A stretch of DNA of 45,918 nt, taken from contig CAYXZT010000002.1 of assembly GCA_964469915.1 (NCBI GenBank), forward strand, positions 1 through 45,918. The letters run 5' to 3'. Below the pieces are notes generated by a model. That model was not told where the DNA came from. It saw nothing but the letters and a program-made list of their open reading frames with translations, and made no database searches. Made by a program: the position numbers and the translations under genes. Every line of letters begins with the position of its first letter. Positions within the stretch are counted from its first letter, which is position 1. Of the stretch, positions 19,308-31,912 are shown piece after piece. The DNA comes from an uncultured Gammaproteobacteria bacterium (GTDB lineage Bacteria; Pseudomonadota; Gammaproteobacteria; Magnimaribacterales; D2472).

Positions 19308-19868
19308 TTAATTACGGATTATTTCTCTTGAAGAAAGATCAATTATTCTAGATGGTCTTTTATGCAAGCCTAATGCTTCATTGTAATAGGCGACATCAGC
19401 ATCATCAAACGTAGACATAATTTCTTCAGGATCATTAATATTATCTTGTCCTGATATGTTTGCAGAGGTTGACACCAATAAACTATTAAATCCTTTAAAT
19501 AAAGTATTTATAGGTAAGTGATTACTTACTCTTACAGCAATTTTTCCAGTTTTATTTTGGAGATGCTTTGGAAGATTTGTTTTGTATTTTATAAGAAATG
19601 TTACTGGTCCAGGCCAATACTCATTTAAACAATCTATTTCATCATCAGATAGTCTTTCTGTGAACTCCTCGATAGCTTTATAAGATTTTATTAGCAGAAT
19701 AAAGCTTTTTTTATGTTCTCTTTTTTTAAGTTTATATATCTTTTTGAATGCGCGCTCATCTAAAGCGTTGCAACCCAAACCCCACACACCCTCTGTTGGA
19801 TGCGCTAGAATTTTACCTTTATTAAGCCAATCAATAGACTGAGTTACATCTAAAGATTTGGAAGACAA
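19308..19868 (-). CDS. tsaC: L-threonylcarbamoyladenylate synthase type 1 (YrdC/TsaC)
   Basis: 186 aa YrdC-domain protein (ILAHPTEGVWGLGC, KKREHKKSFILL, GPVTFL, STSANISG). Confidence 0.85.
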   Translation of the reverse strand: MSSKSLDVTQSIDWLNKGKILAHPTEGVWGLGCNALDERAFKKIYKLKKREHKKSFILLIKSYKAIEEFTERLSDDEIDCLNEYWPGPVTFLIKYKTNLPKHLQNKTGKIAVRVSNHLPINTLFKGFNSLLVSTSANISGQDNINDPEEIMSTFDDADVAYYNEALGLHKRPSRIIDLSSREIIRN

Positions 19869-20366
19869 TTATGAATTAAGAGCTTTATCTTTTTTTAGCA
19901 CTTCGTCTCTCATATTATTTTTATAGTCAGTTAGTTTAGATGAAAGATTTTCATCAGAAGTTGCTAAAATTTGTACAGCAAGTATAGCGCTATTTTTTGC
20001 ACCACTTTTACCAACAGCAACTGTAGCAACAGGGACCCCTGGAGGCATCATTGCAGTTGATAATAAAGAGTCTATTCCACCCATTCCACCAGACTCGATT
20101 GGTATTCCTATTACTGGCCTTGTAGTATGTGCAGCCACGGCGCCTGCTAAATGAGCGGCCATTCCAGCAGCAGCTATAAAAACCTTACACCCATCATTTT
20201 CTGAAGTTTTAATGAGATCCATTACTTCATGTGGAGTTCTGTGCGCAGAGAGCACGTTTTTAGTATATTTAACTCCAAAAGAGTCTAAAATAGGGAAAAT
20301 AGCCTCTACAACTGGTAAATCAGAGTCGGAGCCCATTAATATTGATACTTGTGTTTGATCTGTCAT
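19869..20366 (-). CDS. purE: 5-(carboxyamino)imidazole ribonucleotide mutase
   Basis: PurE motifs are present (ILMGSDSDLP, SAHRTP, IAAAGMAAHLAG). I prefer the ATG at 20366 (MTDQTQVSIL...). The 23-codon N-terminal extension in the track (to 20435) is hydrophobic junk that overlaps the def start. Confidence 0.92.
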   Translation of the reverse strand: MTDQTQVSILMGSDSDLPVVEAIFPILDSFGVKYTKNVLSAHRTPHEVMDLIKTSENDGCKVFIAAAGMAAHLAGAVAAHTTRPVIGIPIESGGMGGIDSLLSTAMMPPGVPVATVAVGKSGAKNSAILAVQILATSDENLSSKLTDYKNNMRDEVLKKDKALNS

Positions 20367-20419
20367 GTTTTGGTATAAGTGGATTATAATTGTTAAATTA
20401 TAATGAAAAATAATAATAT

Positions 20420-20917
20420 ATGGCAACAAATACACTTAAAATTTTAAAGTTTCCTGATCCAAGGTTAAGAACTGTTGCAAAAAAAGTAACAAAATTCGAC
20501 AAAAGTCTAGAAAAACTAGCAAAAAACATGCTAGCTACTATGTACGAAGACAATGGGATAGGCCTTGCTGCGACACAAGTAGATCATCATATTCGTCTAA
20601 TTGTTATGGATCTTAGCGATGAAAGAGATCAGCCTATGTTCTTTGTTAATCCTGAATATAAAATACTAGACAATCATTCCTTATTTTCATTTGAAGAGGG
20701 TTGTTTATCTGTTCCTGGTTTTAATGAAACAATTTCCCGACCAGATAAGATAGATTTAACCTACCAAGACCTTAAAGGAAACATCCATCACGAGCAACCT
20801 GAAGGTCTTTTGACTGTTTGTATTCAGCATGAAATGGATCATTTAGAGGGCAAGCTCATGGTTGACTACATAAGCCCAATTAAAAGAGATAGAATTAGAA
20901 AGAAGCTATCTAAGTAA
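20420..20917 (+). CDS. def: Peptide deformylase
   Basis: 165 aa with all three PDF motifs: GIGLAATQV, EGCLSVPG and QHEMDHLEG. Confidence 0.95.
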   Translation: MATNTLKILKFPDPRLRTVAKKVTKFDKSLEKLAKNMLATMYEDNGIGLAATQVDHHIRLIVMDLSDERDQPMFFVNPEYKILDNHSLFSFEEGCLSVPGFNETISRPDKIDLTYQDLKGNIHHEQPEGLLTVCIQHEMDHLEGKLMVDYISPIKRDRIRKKLSK

Positions 20918-20972
20918 TTTAGCAGATTTTAAAGGATTTTAACAGTATTATAATGGTATTTAAGAGAATATA

Positions 20973-21893
20973 ATGAATATTTTGTTTGCAGGAACACCTG
21001 ATCCATCAGCAAGAATATTGGACTATCTCATAGCAGAATCAAGTTTAAATGTTATTGGTGTATTAACTCAGCCAGATAAGCCCCAAAAAAGAGGAAAAAT
21101 AGTTGCAGAGTCGCCCGTCTCTAATATTGCATATCATAATAAAATAAAAACATTCAAGCCATATGACCTAAATGACAAACAATTAGTATCAGAAATAAGC
21201 GCCTTAGACATCGACATTCTTTTGGTTGCTGCTTATGGGAAAATTCTTCCTAAATGGCTTCTGTTATTATCAAACATATTTCCTGTAAATATTCATTATT
21301 CTTTGCTCCCAAAATACAGAGGAGCATCTCCAATTCAAACCTCTCTATTAAATGGCGATGAAATAACTGGTGTTACTTTTATGAAAATGAGCGAAGGTTT
21401 AGATGAAGGAAATATTATTAAAAGGTTTCCTCTTAAGATTGAGCATAAGCACAATAAAATAATGCTAGAAAATGATCTTTGCTCATTAGCGATAAACAAC
21501 TTAACTGATGTTATTAGTTTAATTAAATCAGATAAATTAAATCTTGAGAGGCAAGACGATAGCCTCGCATCTTTTTGTTCTAAGATTGATAAAGCTGATT
21601 CTCTTGTAAACTTTCATTCACCAGCAGGTGATATTTTTAACAAGCATAGAGCCTATTATGAGTGGCCTGGAACAGCTTTTATTTATAAAAATATAAGAAT
21701 AAAAATTGGCGAAATGTGTGTATCTGATATTGATTCCTCAGGTAACCCTGGCAAAATATTAAAATTTGATACAACAGGATTATACGTAAATACTGATACT
21801 AAAGCCATAGTGATTACTTACTTACAATTTCCTGGAAAAAAAATGATCTCTTGTTCTGATGCATTTAATGCCTATAGGAATTTTTTTGAATAA
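20973..21893 (+). CDS. fmt: Methionyl-tRNA formyltransferase
   Basis: 306 aa (ILFAGTPD..., VNIHYSLLPKYRGASPIQ), located immediately after def. Confidence 0.93.
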   Translation: MNILFAGTPDPSARILDYLIAESSLNVIGVLTQPDKPQKRGKIVAESPVSNIAYHNKIKTFKPYDLNDKQLVSEISALDIDILLVAAYGKILPKWLLLLSNIFPVNIHYSLLPKYRGASPIQTSLLNGDEITGVTFMKMSEGLDEGNIIKRFPLKIEHKHNKIMLENDLCSLAINNLTDVISLIKSDKLNLERQDDSLASFCSKIDKADSLVNFHSPAGDIFNKHRAYYEWPGTAFIYKNIRIKIGEMCVSDIDSSGNPGKILKFDTTGLYVNTDTKAIVITYLQFPGKKMISCSDAFNAYRNFFE

Positions 21894-21908
21894 AAATTAT
21901 TTTTATAG

Positions 21909-21937
21909 AAACCTTTTAATTACATTAAAAGAGGTTT
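21909..21937 (+). terminator. Imperfect hairpin between fmt and trkA (possible terminator or attenuator)
   Basis: AAACCTTTTAAT-tac-ATTAAAAGAGGTTT forms an AT-rich stem with a 2-nt bulge, followed by aatttactcttt. It lies in the 56-bp fmt-trkA spacer. Confidence 0.3.
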
Positions 21938-21949
21938 AATTTACTCTTT

Positions 21950-23302
21950 ATGAAAATAGTAATTCTTGGTGCTGGTCGTATTGGCGGAAGTCTTGCAAGA
22001 AATTTGTCTAAAAGCAATTACCAGGTGTCGATCGTTGATGAGAATAAAAATAGACTATCAGACTTAGAAGATAAATTAGACATAATGAGCGTTGAAGGAA
22101 ATGCTTCTTCCATAACTACTTTGAAAAAATCTGGCCTAGATGAAGAAACAATTGTAATTGCAGTTACCTCAAATGATGAAGCAAATATTATCGCCTGCCA
22201 GATATCTAAAAATGTATTCAAAGTTAAAAAGACAATTTGTAGATTTAAGGATGACTCCTATATTGATCAATTGGATATATTTGGTGAGGGTATTATTGAT
22301 ATACCAATCAGCCCTGAAAATGAGGTTACCTCTCACCTAATTGAGTTAATTAAGCACCCAGGAGCAGAGCAAATTGAAGAATTTGCAGAGGGTAAAGTAA
22401 AGCTAGTTTCTGTAAAAGCAAAAAAGAAAGGTAAATTAGTTGGAAGAGAGCTTAAGCATATAAAAGATGACATACCTGAGGTAGATGCCTATATACCTTC
22501 TATATATAGAAAAGGTAAGCCTTTTATCCCTGAAGGAGATACGGTTATTAAAGAAGGGGATGAGGTATATTTCATATCTTCAGAAGCAAATATAGAAGCT
22601 ATTGTAGAAGAGTTTAGAAATCATGAAGACTCCTACTCAAGAATTATGATAGTTGGGGGTGGTAAGATTGGCTTCTCTTTAGCAAAAGATCTTGAAAAAA
22701 CATATAAAGTTAAATTAATAGACTCAAATAGCGATAGATGTAGTGCTTTATCTAAGGATTTAGAAAAAACAATAGTTCTATGTGGCTCTGCAACTGATGA
22801 AAGTTTATTAAAAAGCGAAAATATATCAAATATTGATCTTTTTTGCGCCCTAACCAACGATGACGAAACAAATGTTATGTCTTCTCTTCTTGCAAAGAAA
22901 ATGGGCGCCAAGAAAACTATGATTATTCTAAATAACCCATCCTATCTTGGTCTGGTACCAGGCTTTATTGATATTTATATAGCTCCATATCGCCTTACTG
23001 TATCTTCTGTTCTCCAAGATCTTAGGGATAGTGATGTGGCTCAAGAAGTTATCTTAAAAACTGATTTAGGAGCAGAGGCTATAGAGGGGGTTGTGCATGC
23101 GAATGAATATACATCGCCTTTATTTGGAAAGCCGATCAAGGAAATACCTTTGCCTGAAGGCTGCTCTATAGGTGCTGTTATTAGACATGGTGAGGTCATA
23201 ATGCCCAATTCGGGCGTAGAGCTTGCTCTTAATGACCATTTAATTGTTTTCTTATCAGACAAAAACCTGTTGAACGAAGTTGAGTCTCTATTTAAGTCTT
23301 AG
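21950..23302 (+). CDS. trkA: Trk potassium uptake system protein TrkA
   Basis: 450 aa with duplicated RCK/NAD-binding modules (MKIVILGAGRIGGSLA and IMIVGGGKIGFSLA). Confidence 0.93.
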   Translation: MKIVILGAGRIGGSLARNLSKSNYQVSIVDENKNRLSDLEDKLDIMSVEGNASSITTLKKSGLDEETIVIAVTSNDEANIIACQISKNVFKVKKTICRFKDDSYIDQLDIFGEGIIDIPISPENEVTSHLIELIKHPGAEQIEEFAEGKVKLVSVKAKKKGKLVGRELKHIKDDIPEVDAYIPSIYRKGKPFIPEGDTVIKEGDEVYFISSEANIEAIVEEFRNHEDSYSRIMIVGGGKIGFSLAKDLEKTYKVKLIDSNSDRCSALSKDLEKTIVLCGSATDESLLKSENISNIDLFCALTNDDETNVMSSLLAKKMGAKKTMIILNNPSYLGLVPGFIDIYIAPYRLTVSSVLQDLRDSDVAQEVILKTDLGAEAIEGVVHANEYTSPLFGKPIKEIPLPEGCSIGAVIRHGEVIMPNSGVELALNDHLIVFLSDKNLLNEVESLFKS

Positions 23303-23304
23303 CA

Positions 23305-24738
23305 ATGAATCTAAAATCAATAATTAATCTTTTTGGCATCCTTGTGATGTTTTTCAGCATGTCATTTATATTTCCAATGATAGTCTCATGGGTTTATATG
23401 GACAAAAGTCTAGATATATTTGTATTAACTTTCCTCATTGTTTTTACTTTTGGCTTTTTGGGCTGGTATTGCACTAAAGGGTCCATAAAAGATCTTAGTC
23501 AAAGTGATGGATTTATAATAATTACCTTTTTTTGGTTAATTCTTTCAATTGCTGGCTCTATTCCATTTTATTTAAGCGGGATGTCACTGGTTGACTCTTT
23601 TTTTGAATCTATGTCAGGTATTACAACAACAGGAGCGACTGTTCTATCTGGGCTAGACGACATGCCTCAGTCTATATTGTTTTATAGACAGCTTCTTCAA
23701 TGGATGGGCGGCATGGGTTTAATTGTTCTAGCAATTGCTGTTATGCCTTTACTTGGTATAGGCGGTGGTCAGCTTTATAAAGCTGAAATACCTGGAGCAA
23801 TGAACGACCAAAAACTCACACCACGTATCAAGGAGACTGCTCAGGCTTTATGGGCTATTTATCTAATATTAACCCTAGTATGCGCTTTTCTGTATTTTGT
23901 AGCGGGAATGACAGTCTTCGATGCTATATCTCACAGCCTAAGCACTGTTTCTATTGGTGGCTTCTCTACGCATGATTTAAGCATAGGTTACTTTAATAAT
24001 AGGGCTGTGGAGATTATATGTATGGTATTTATGCTTTTATCAGCCCTTAGTTTTACCCTACATTACTTTGCTTTTTATATGAAAAAGCCTCTTAAATACT
24101 TTTATGATCCTGAGCTAAGGTTCTTTATATCAATAGTTATTCTTATTTTTACTATTACTGCCTTTATTAATTTCTTTTCTTCCAATAGTGACGCCACTAT
24201 AAGTCAGCTACTGTTTCAATCCATATCTATAATAACAACAACTGGTTTTTCTATTGGTGATACTTCTGGCTGGTCACCATCTATTGGCTTTCTTCTTCTT
24301 ATTGGTGCTTTTGTTGGAGCCTGTTCAGGCTCAGTTGGTGGGGGTGTAAAGTCATGGAGAGTATTGATCATTATTAATTATGCATACATAACTCTTAAAA
24401 AAATGATTCACCCTAATGCGGTGATTAGTTTGAAAATAGGAACCAAGAGTGTTGACGATTCAGTGGCCTCGTCTGTTTGGGGATTCTTTTCTATATACGT
24501 TATTTCTTTTGTAATACTTTTACTTTCTCTTCTAGTTACAGGATTAGATTTTGAGTCTGCTTTCTCTGCAATTGGAGCATGCTTAAACAATCTTGGTCCT
24601 GGGCTTGGTGAGGTATCAAACAACTATCAGTCTGTATCTTCTGCAGGTAAATTAATATTATCTTTTGCAATGATTTTAGGAAGACTGGAAATCTTCACTT
24701 TATTAGTATTGTTAACCCCTGCTTTTTGGAGTAAGTAA
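23305..24738 (+). CDS. trkH: Trk potassium uptake system membrane protein TrkH
   Basis: 477 aa polytopic protein with repeated selectivity-filter-like motifs (TTTGAT, VSIGGFS, TTTGFS, LNNLGPG). It starts 3 nt after trkA. Confidence 0.9.
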   Translation: MNLKSIINLFGILVMFFSMSFIFPMIVSWVYMDKSLDIFVLTFLIVFTFGFLGWYCTKGSIKDLSQSDGFIIITFFWLILSIAGSIPFYLSGMSLVDSFFESMSGITTTGATVLSGLDDMPQSILFYRQLLQWMGGMGLIVLAIAVMPLLGIGGGQLYKAEIPGAMNDQKLTPRIKETAQALWAIYLILTLVCAFLYFVAGMTVFDAISHSLSTVSIGGFSTHDLSIGYFNNRAVEIICMVFMLLSALSFTLHYFAFYMKKPLKYFYDPELRFFISIVILIFTITAFINFFSSNSDATISQLLFQSISIITTTGFSIGDTSGWSPSIGFLLLIGAFVGACSGSVGGGVKSWRVLIIINYAYITLKKMIHPNAVISLKIGTKSVDDSVASSVWGFFSIYVISFVILLLSLLVTGLDFESAFSAIGACLNNLGPGLGEVSNNYQSVSSAGKLILSFAMILGRLEIFTLLVLLTPAFWSK

Positions 24739-24742
24739 AACT

Positions 24743-25600
24743 TTAAATAGCATAGGGGTCTGTATTTTTTGGCCGAGCTTTTTTAAATCTTTTGTATTCC
24801 CAAGAGTAATCTCTTGGGTTGATATTAATTAAATTTTCAATACTTTTATTCATAGAAAGTGTGCACTTACTATCATTATATATATCGTCATCATTGGGTC
24901 TTATTGTAATATATAAATTATTATGATTTGAGTTCATACAACAAAATATTACTGGCTTTTGTGTTTTCACTGCTAGAGATGAGGCTAAGGTTGTTGTATA
25001 AGCATCTTTATTAAACAGCGCTACATATTCGCCCATTCCTGCTTGGGGAACTTGATCTGCTGCAAGGCAAATCACTTGATTCGAAAGCAATGATTTATAT
25101 ATTTTTCTAACTCCATTCATACTTGTTTCATAAGTTTTACTTCCATCATTTTCTCGCTCTTTCCTTACAAAGTTATCTAGAGTTTTATTTTTTATTTTTT
25201 TATACAGGGTGGTGGTTTTTGTTTTTGAATTGATCCACTTAAGCAACATGTCAACACTACGATTATGAATTGCTATTACAATCAATCCATTTTTATTTTC
25301 AATATTACGGGTCATTAGAAAATTATTTTCTATTTTATAAATATTTTTGCCTGCTTTGAAAATTGGCCGAGACCAAGAAATCATAGATTCGTATCCACTT
25401 ACAATTGTCTCGATAACACTCTCATTTGCTAGTCTGATTTTTTGATCATCATTAAGTTCTGGATAACATAGATTAATATTAATTAGAGTTACTCTATAAA
25501 TTTCACTATATTTATGTAGCCGTAATCCTATAAATAGAACAACCACACACCTAATTAATACTATAGGAGTGATTGTGAATAAATAAAATAAAGCTTTCAT
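24743..25600 (-). CDS. Lipid A late acyltransferase-like protein (LpxL/HtrB family)
   Basis: 285 aa with an N-terminal TM and the HX4D acyltransferase motif (AIHNRSVDM). It occupies the position of the htrB-like gene PA0011 in the Pseudomonas gene order as I recall it. Confidence 0.6.
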   Translation of the reverse strand: MKALFYLFTITPIVLIRCVVVLFIGLRLHKYSEIYRVTLININLCYPELNDDQKIRLANESVIETIVSGYESMISWSRPIFKAGKNIYKIENNFLMTRNIENKNGLIVIAIHNRSVDMLLKWINSKTKTTTLYKKIKNKTLDNFVRKERENDGSKTYETSMNGVRKIYKSLLSNQVICLAADQVPQAGMGEYVALFNKDAYTTTLASSLAVKTQKPVIFCCMNSNHNNLYITIRPNDDDIYNDSKCTLSMNKSIENLININPRDYSWEYKRFKKARPKNTDPYAI

Positions 25601-25726
25601 AGTGCTTGAATATACTCTGATTGATATATAATCATTAATGATTTAACACAATATAGGTTTATTTGATATAAATTACAATATCACTAAAAAGAACATTTGT
25701 TGCTTTTTAAACAAAAGGAGATTGAA

Positions 25727-27088
25727 TTGACTGCAAAAAATATGGATGACCTAGTTTCTCTTTGTAAAAGAAGGGGTTTTATTTTTCAATCAGGTGAAAT
25801 TTATGGCGGCATGCAAGGAATGTATGATTTTGGCCCACTTGGTGTTGAGCTTAAAAACAACCTAAAACAAGCATGGTGGAGCTCAATGATCTATGAAAAT
25901 GATAATATTGAAGGCTTAGATGCTGCAATTTTATCAAATCCTACAGTTTTAAGATATTCAGGACATGAAGATACATTTTCTGACCCAATGGTTGATTGTA
26001 AATCCTGTAAATCAAGGTGGAGAAGTGATTTACTTGAAGATAATAAGTGCCCTGGCTGTGGATCTTCAGACCTAACTGAACCCAGACCATTTAACTTGAT
26101 GTTTAAAACAAATATAGGTCCAATTGATGATGGGGAAACATTTGGATATTTAAGGCCTGAAACAGCTCAGTCAATTTTTACGAATTTTAAAAATGTTGTT
26201 GACTCTTCTTCAAAATCTTTACCATTTGGAATAGCCCAAATTGGAAAAGCCTTTAGAAATGAAATTACCCCTAGAAACTTCATCTTTAGAGTTAGAGAAT
26301 TTGAACAAATGGAGCTTGAGTTCTTTGTTATGCCAGGAACTGATGAGGAATGGCATAAGAAGTGGGTTGATATGCGGCTATTATGGTGGGAGCAACAAGG
26401 CGTTTCATCAGAAAATATCGAACTATATGATGTTCCAAAAGATGAATTAGCACATTACTCTAAAGGAACAATAGATGTGATGTATAAATTTCCTCATGGC
26501 TTAGAAGAGCTAGAGGGCATAGCAAATAGAACAGATTTTGATTTAGGCTCGCATTCTAAAAAACAAGATGAACTTAATATTACTGCAAATGTAATGAAAA
26601 ATAACTCATCAAATACTAGATTGGCTATACAAGATCAAAATACAAATGAATGGGTTGTTCCCTATGTTATTGAGCCCTCAGCAGGTGTTGAGAGAGGTAT
26701 ATTGGCAATAATGAATGAAGCCTATAACGTTGAGCAACTGGAAAATGGTAAAGAGAGAACAGTTTTAAAGCTAAAACCTCATCTTTCACCTATCAAAGCC
26801 GCCGTGATACCGCTTAAAAAGAATAACGAGGAGCTTGTGACTCTTGCTAGTGAGGTTAAAAATTCATTGCAGAAACTAAACCTGGGTAGAATTATTCTAG
26901 AGAATACCGGCAATATTGGAAAAGGCTATAGACGTCATGATGAAATTGGAACTCCTTTGTGTATAACAATTGATTTTGATAGCTTGGAAAATAAAACAGC
27001 CACTGTGCGTGATAGAGATTCTATGGAACAAGAGGTTGTGGCAATCGCAGATCTTCAGAGCTATCTTCTTCAGAAAATTAATAGTTAA
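25727..27088 (+). CDS. glyQS: Glycine--tRNA ligase, homodimeric (alpha2, GlyQS) type
   Basis: Near-collinear with my recollection of Thermus-type GlyRS ([80 protein letters not shown]). The start is uncertain. I favour the in-frame TTG at 25727, 6 nt after AAGGAG (25715-25720). The alternatives are the ATG at 25742 and the track TTG at 25697. Confidence 0.9.
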   Translation: MTAKNMDDLVSLCKRRGFIFQSGEIYGGMQGMYDFGPLGVELKNNLKQAWWSSMIYENDNIEGLDAAILSNPTVLRYSGHEDTFSDPMVDCKSCKSRWRSDLLEDNKCPGCGSSDLTEPRPFNLMFKTNIGPIDDGETFGYLRPETAQSIFTNFKNVVDSSSKSLPFGIAQIGKAFRNEITPRNFIFRVREFEQMELEFFVMPGTDEEWHKKWVDMRLLWWEQQGVSSENIELYDVPKDELAHYSKGTIDVMYKFPHGLEELEGIANRTDFDLGSHSKKQDELNITANVMKNNSSNTRLAIQDQNTNEWVVPYVIEPSAGVERGILAIMNEAYNVEQLENGKERTVLKLKPHLSPIKAAVIPLKKNNEELVTLASEVKNSLQKLNLGRIILENTGNIGKGYRRHDEIGTPLCITIDFDSLENKTATVRDRDSMEQEVVAIADLQSYLLQKINS

Positions 27089-27091
27089 TTA

Positions 27092-29718
<2,627 letters not shown>

Positions 29719-30792
29719 TTATTTTAATTGTTCCACGTGGAACTTTTTAAATTCTCTAAAATCAGCATCTATTTTACTACTAAAATGATCATCTATACAG
29801 GAAAAAATAATCTGATTGTTTAAAAAATCAAGGAGGTTTAAAAAGACCTTAAATGTATTGTCGTCTAGCTCAGATTTAATATCGTCTATTATTAATACCG
29901 CATTGATGCCATAGTGTTTTCTTAGCACCTCGTGTTGCGCACAACACCATAAAATAGAAAAAAGTTTTTGTTCTCCTCTTGAAAGTATTTGCTTGGCTTC
30001 TATGCCTTTGATAAGAAACCTTATGTCTGCTTTATGTGGCCCTTTTGTAGTCGACTTTCGCCTGAGGTCTGCATAACGATTGTTTATAAATAAATCTGAT
30101 AAATTAAGGTCGGTCTCCCACCCAGGATAAAAACTAACATCTATGTTAACTAAGAATTCTGTTGAGGGTGTTTTATCTAAACTCTTTACTAAATCTGTTA
30201 ATTCATAAAGCGTTTGATCAAAAAAAAGTTTTCTTTGTTTTGTTAGTTCTTCACCAAGGTCTGAAAGTTTGTTTTCCCAGGGCTCAATGTTTGTCAAAGA
30301 CCCTGCTTTTAAAAGGGCATTCCTTTGTTTAAGACATCTGTAATAGCCAAACCATACTTCTGAAAACTGTTTGTCGCTAATAAAAAGAGATTTGTCTAAT
30401 AACTTTCTCCTAAAATCAGGAGGCGCATCAGCAAAAGAAAAGGTGTTGTTGTGAATGGATGTTGAGGGGAATTCTCTTATGAGATTGCTTGTGGTTGTTT
30501 TTGTATTATTAAGTAATATCGATATTGGTTTTGATTGTTGTTTTGTAATGACTAAAGAGTAGCCCGAAGTGGAATCATAGCCCTTAATATTAAATGCCTC
30601 CTCTCCTATTGAAATTAAAGACTGGAGGTTTCCGCTTTTAAAGGATTTTGCACTAGAACATAGATTGATAGCTTCAAGAATGGATGTTTTACCACAACCG
30701 TTTTTTCCATAAAAAAAGTTTACTCCTGGTGAAAGATTTATGTTTAAAGAGGAAAAGCACCTAAAATTATTAAGTGTTAGGTTGTTGATCAT
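29719..30792 (-). CDS. recF: DNA replication and repair protein RecF
   Basis: 357 aa with a Walker A motif (FYGKNGCGKTSILEA), an ABC signature-like motif (LSRGEQKLFS) and a Walker B motif (VLIIDDIKSELD). It lies in the dnaN-recF-gyrB order. Confidence 0.92.
   Translation of the reverse strand: MINNLTLNNFRCFSSLNINLSPGVNFFYGKNGCGKTSILEAINLCSSAKSFKSGNLQSLISIGEEAFNIKGYDSTSGYSLVITKQQSKPISILLNNTKTTTSNLIREFPSTSIHNNTFSFADAPPDFRRKLLDKSLFISDKQFSEVWFGYYRCLKQRNALLKAGSLTNIEPWENKLSDLGEELTKQRKLFFDQTLYELTDLVKSLDKTPSTEFLVNIDVSFYPGWETDLNLSDLFINNRYADLRRKSTTKGPHKADIRFLIKGIEAKQILSRGEQKLFSILWCCAQHEVLRKHYGINAVLIIDDIKSELDDNTFKVFLNLLDFLNNQIIFSCIDDHFSSKIDADFREFKKFHVEQLK
29729..29744. promoter_or_regulatory. parS-like ParB binding site (TGTTCCACGTGGAACT) within the last codons of recF
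   Basis: The 14-bp core GTTCCACGTGGAAC (29730-29743) is a perfect palindrome. The 16-mer matches the palindromic parS TGTTCCACGTGGAACA at 15 of 16 positions and the B. subtilis consensus TGTTNCACGTGAAACA at 14 of 16. parA-parB are encoded about 10 kb away. Confidence 0.7.
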
Positions 30793-30806
30793 TGAATTTA
30801 AATAAT

Positions 30807-31910
30807 TTAAATAAGAAGTGGCATCACGACATATTTAAAGCTTTCAGAGCCTGGATTTGTTATTAAACAACTTTTGTTAGACCCAAAAAAGTGGATTTCA
30901 ACATTATCATCGTCAATAGAAGATAGAATTTCTTGTATGTAGTTAACATTAAATGCTATATCTGTGGGCTCTCCGCTATAAGAACATGATATTGATTCTT
31001 CTGCTTGCTCTTTTTCAGGGTTGTTAGCAGAAATATTGATGGAATTATCAGATGTAACAATTCTAACTCCTCTGAACTTTTCACTTGATAAGACACTAAC
31101 CCTGCTAAGACTTTCAGAAAGAAGTTTTCTATTGATAGAAAGGGTAGAGCTATCACCAGAGGGAATTACTTGTTCGTAGTCAGGGAACTTGCCCTCAATA
31201 AGCTTACTAGCAAACGTTGTTCCTGATATATCCACAATAATTGAGCTTGATCCTAGCCTTAAAACAACATTTTCTGAACTATCACCTACGAGTTTGCCTA
31301 TTTCATTAATTGATTTTCTTGGAACTATGCCCGTCAATTGTCCCTGCACCCCTTCGTTTAGTGGCAATGTCGCCATAGCAAGCCTGTGAGCATCAGTTGC
31401 AACACTGGTTACCAGGGTGTCTTCAACAAACAAATATAAACCGTTTAAATAATGACGCCAATCTTGATTGCCCATTGCAAATGACGTTTTGCCAATAAGT
31501 GATTTGAGGTTTTTTGGGGTAATATTTATTGAATCTCCAGCCTCCTCCTTCTCAAAAACAGGAAAATCTTCACTTGGCAATGTGGCTAGATTATATTTTC
31601 CAGAATTCGTTTCTATTCTTAAGTTGTCTCCATCGAGAAAGAAGTGTATCTCCGAACCATCACTAAAAAGCCTACAAAGCTCACTTAGTTTTTTTGCTGG
31701 CGCTGTTGTTTTACCACCGCTTTTGAAGTTTGATATTGTTGATATAGTAGAGATTTCTGACTCTAAGTCAGTAGCAGTAAGCCTTAAAGATGACTCATCT
31801 ACCTCAAATAAAACATTAGCCAAAATTGGTAGTGTTTGTCTTTTTTCAACAACACCTAATGTTGAGTTAAGTGATTTTACAACCTCTTCTTTTGTAATAT
31901 AAAAATCCAT
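30807..31910 (-). CDS. dnaN: DNA polymerase III beta sliding clamp
   Basis: 367 aa with a DnaN-like N terminus (VVEKRQTLPILANVLFEV) and C terminus (YVVMPLLI). Confidence 0.95.
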   Translation of the reverse strand: MDFYITKEEVVKSLNSTLGVVEKRQTLPILANVLFEVDESSLRLTATDLESEISTISTISNFKSGGKTTAPAKKLSELCRLFSDGSEIHFFLDGDNLRIETNSGKYNLATLPSEDFPVFEKEEAGDSINITPKNLKSLIGKTSFAMGNQDWRHYLNGLYLFVEDTLVTSVATDAHRLAMATLPLNEGVQGQLTGIVPRKSINEIGKLVGDSSENVVLRLGSSSIIVDISGTTFASKLIEGKFPDYEQVIPSGDSSTLSINRKLLSESLSRVSVLSSEKFRGVRIVTSDNSINISANNPEKEQAEESISCSYSGEPTDIAFNVNYIQEILSSIDDDNVEIHFFGSNKSCLITNPGSESFKYVVMPLLI

Positions 31911-31912
31911 AA

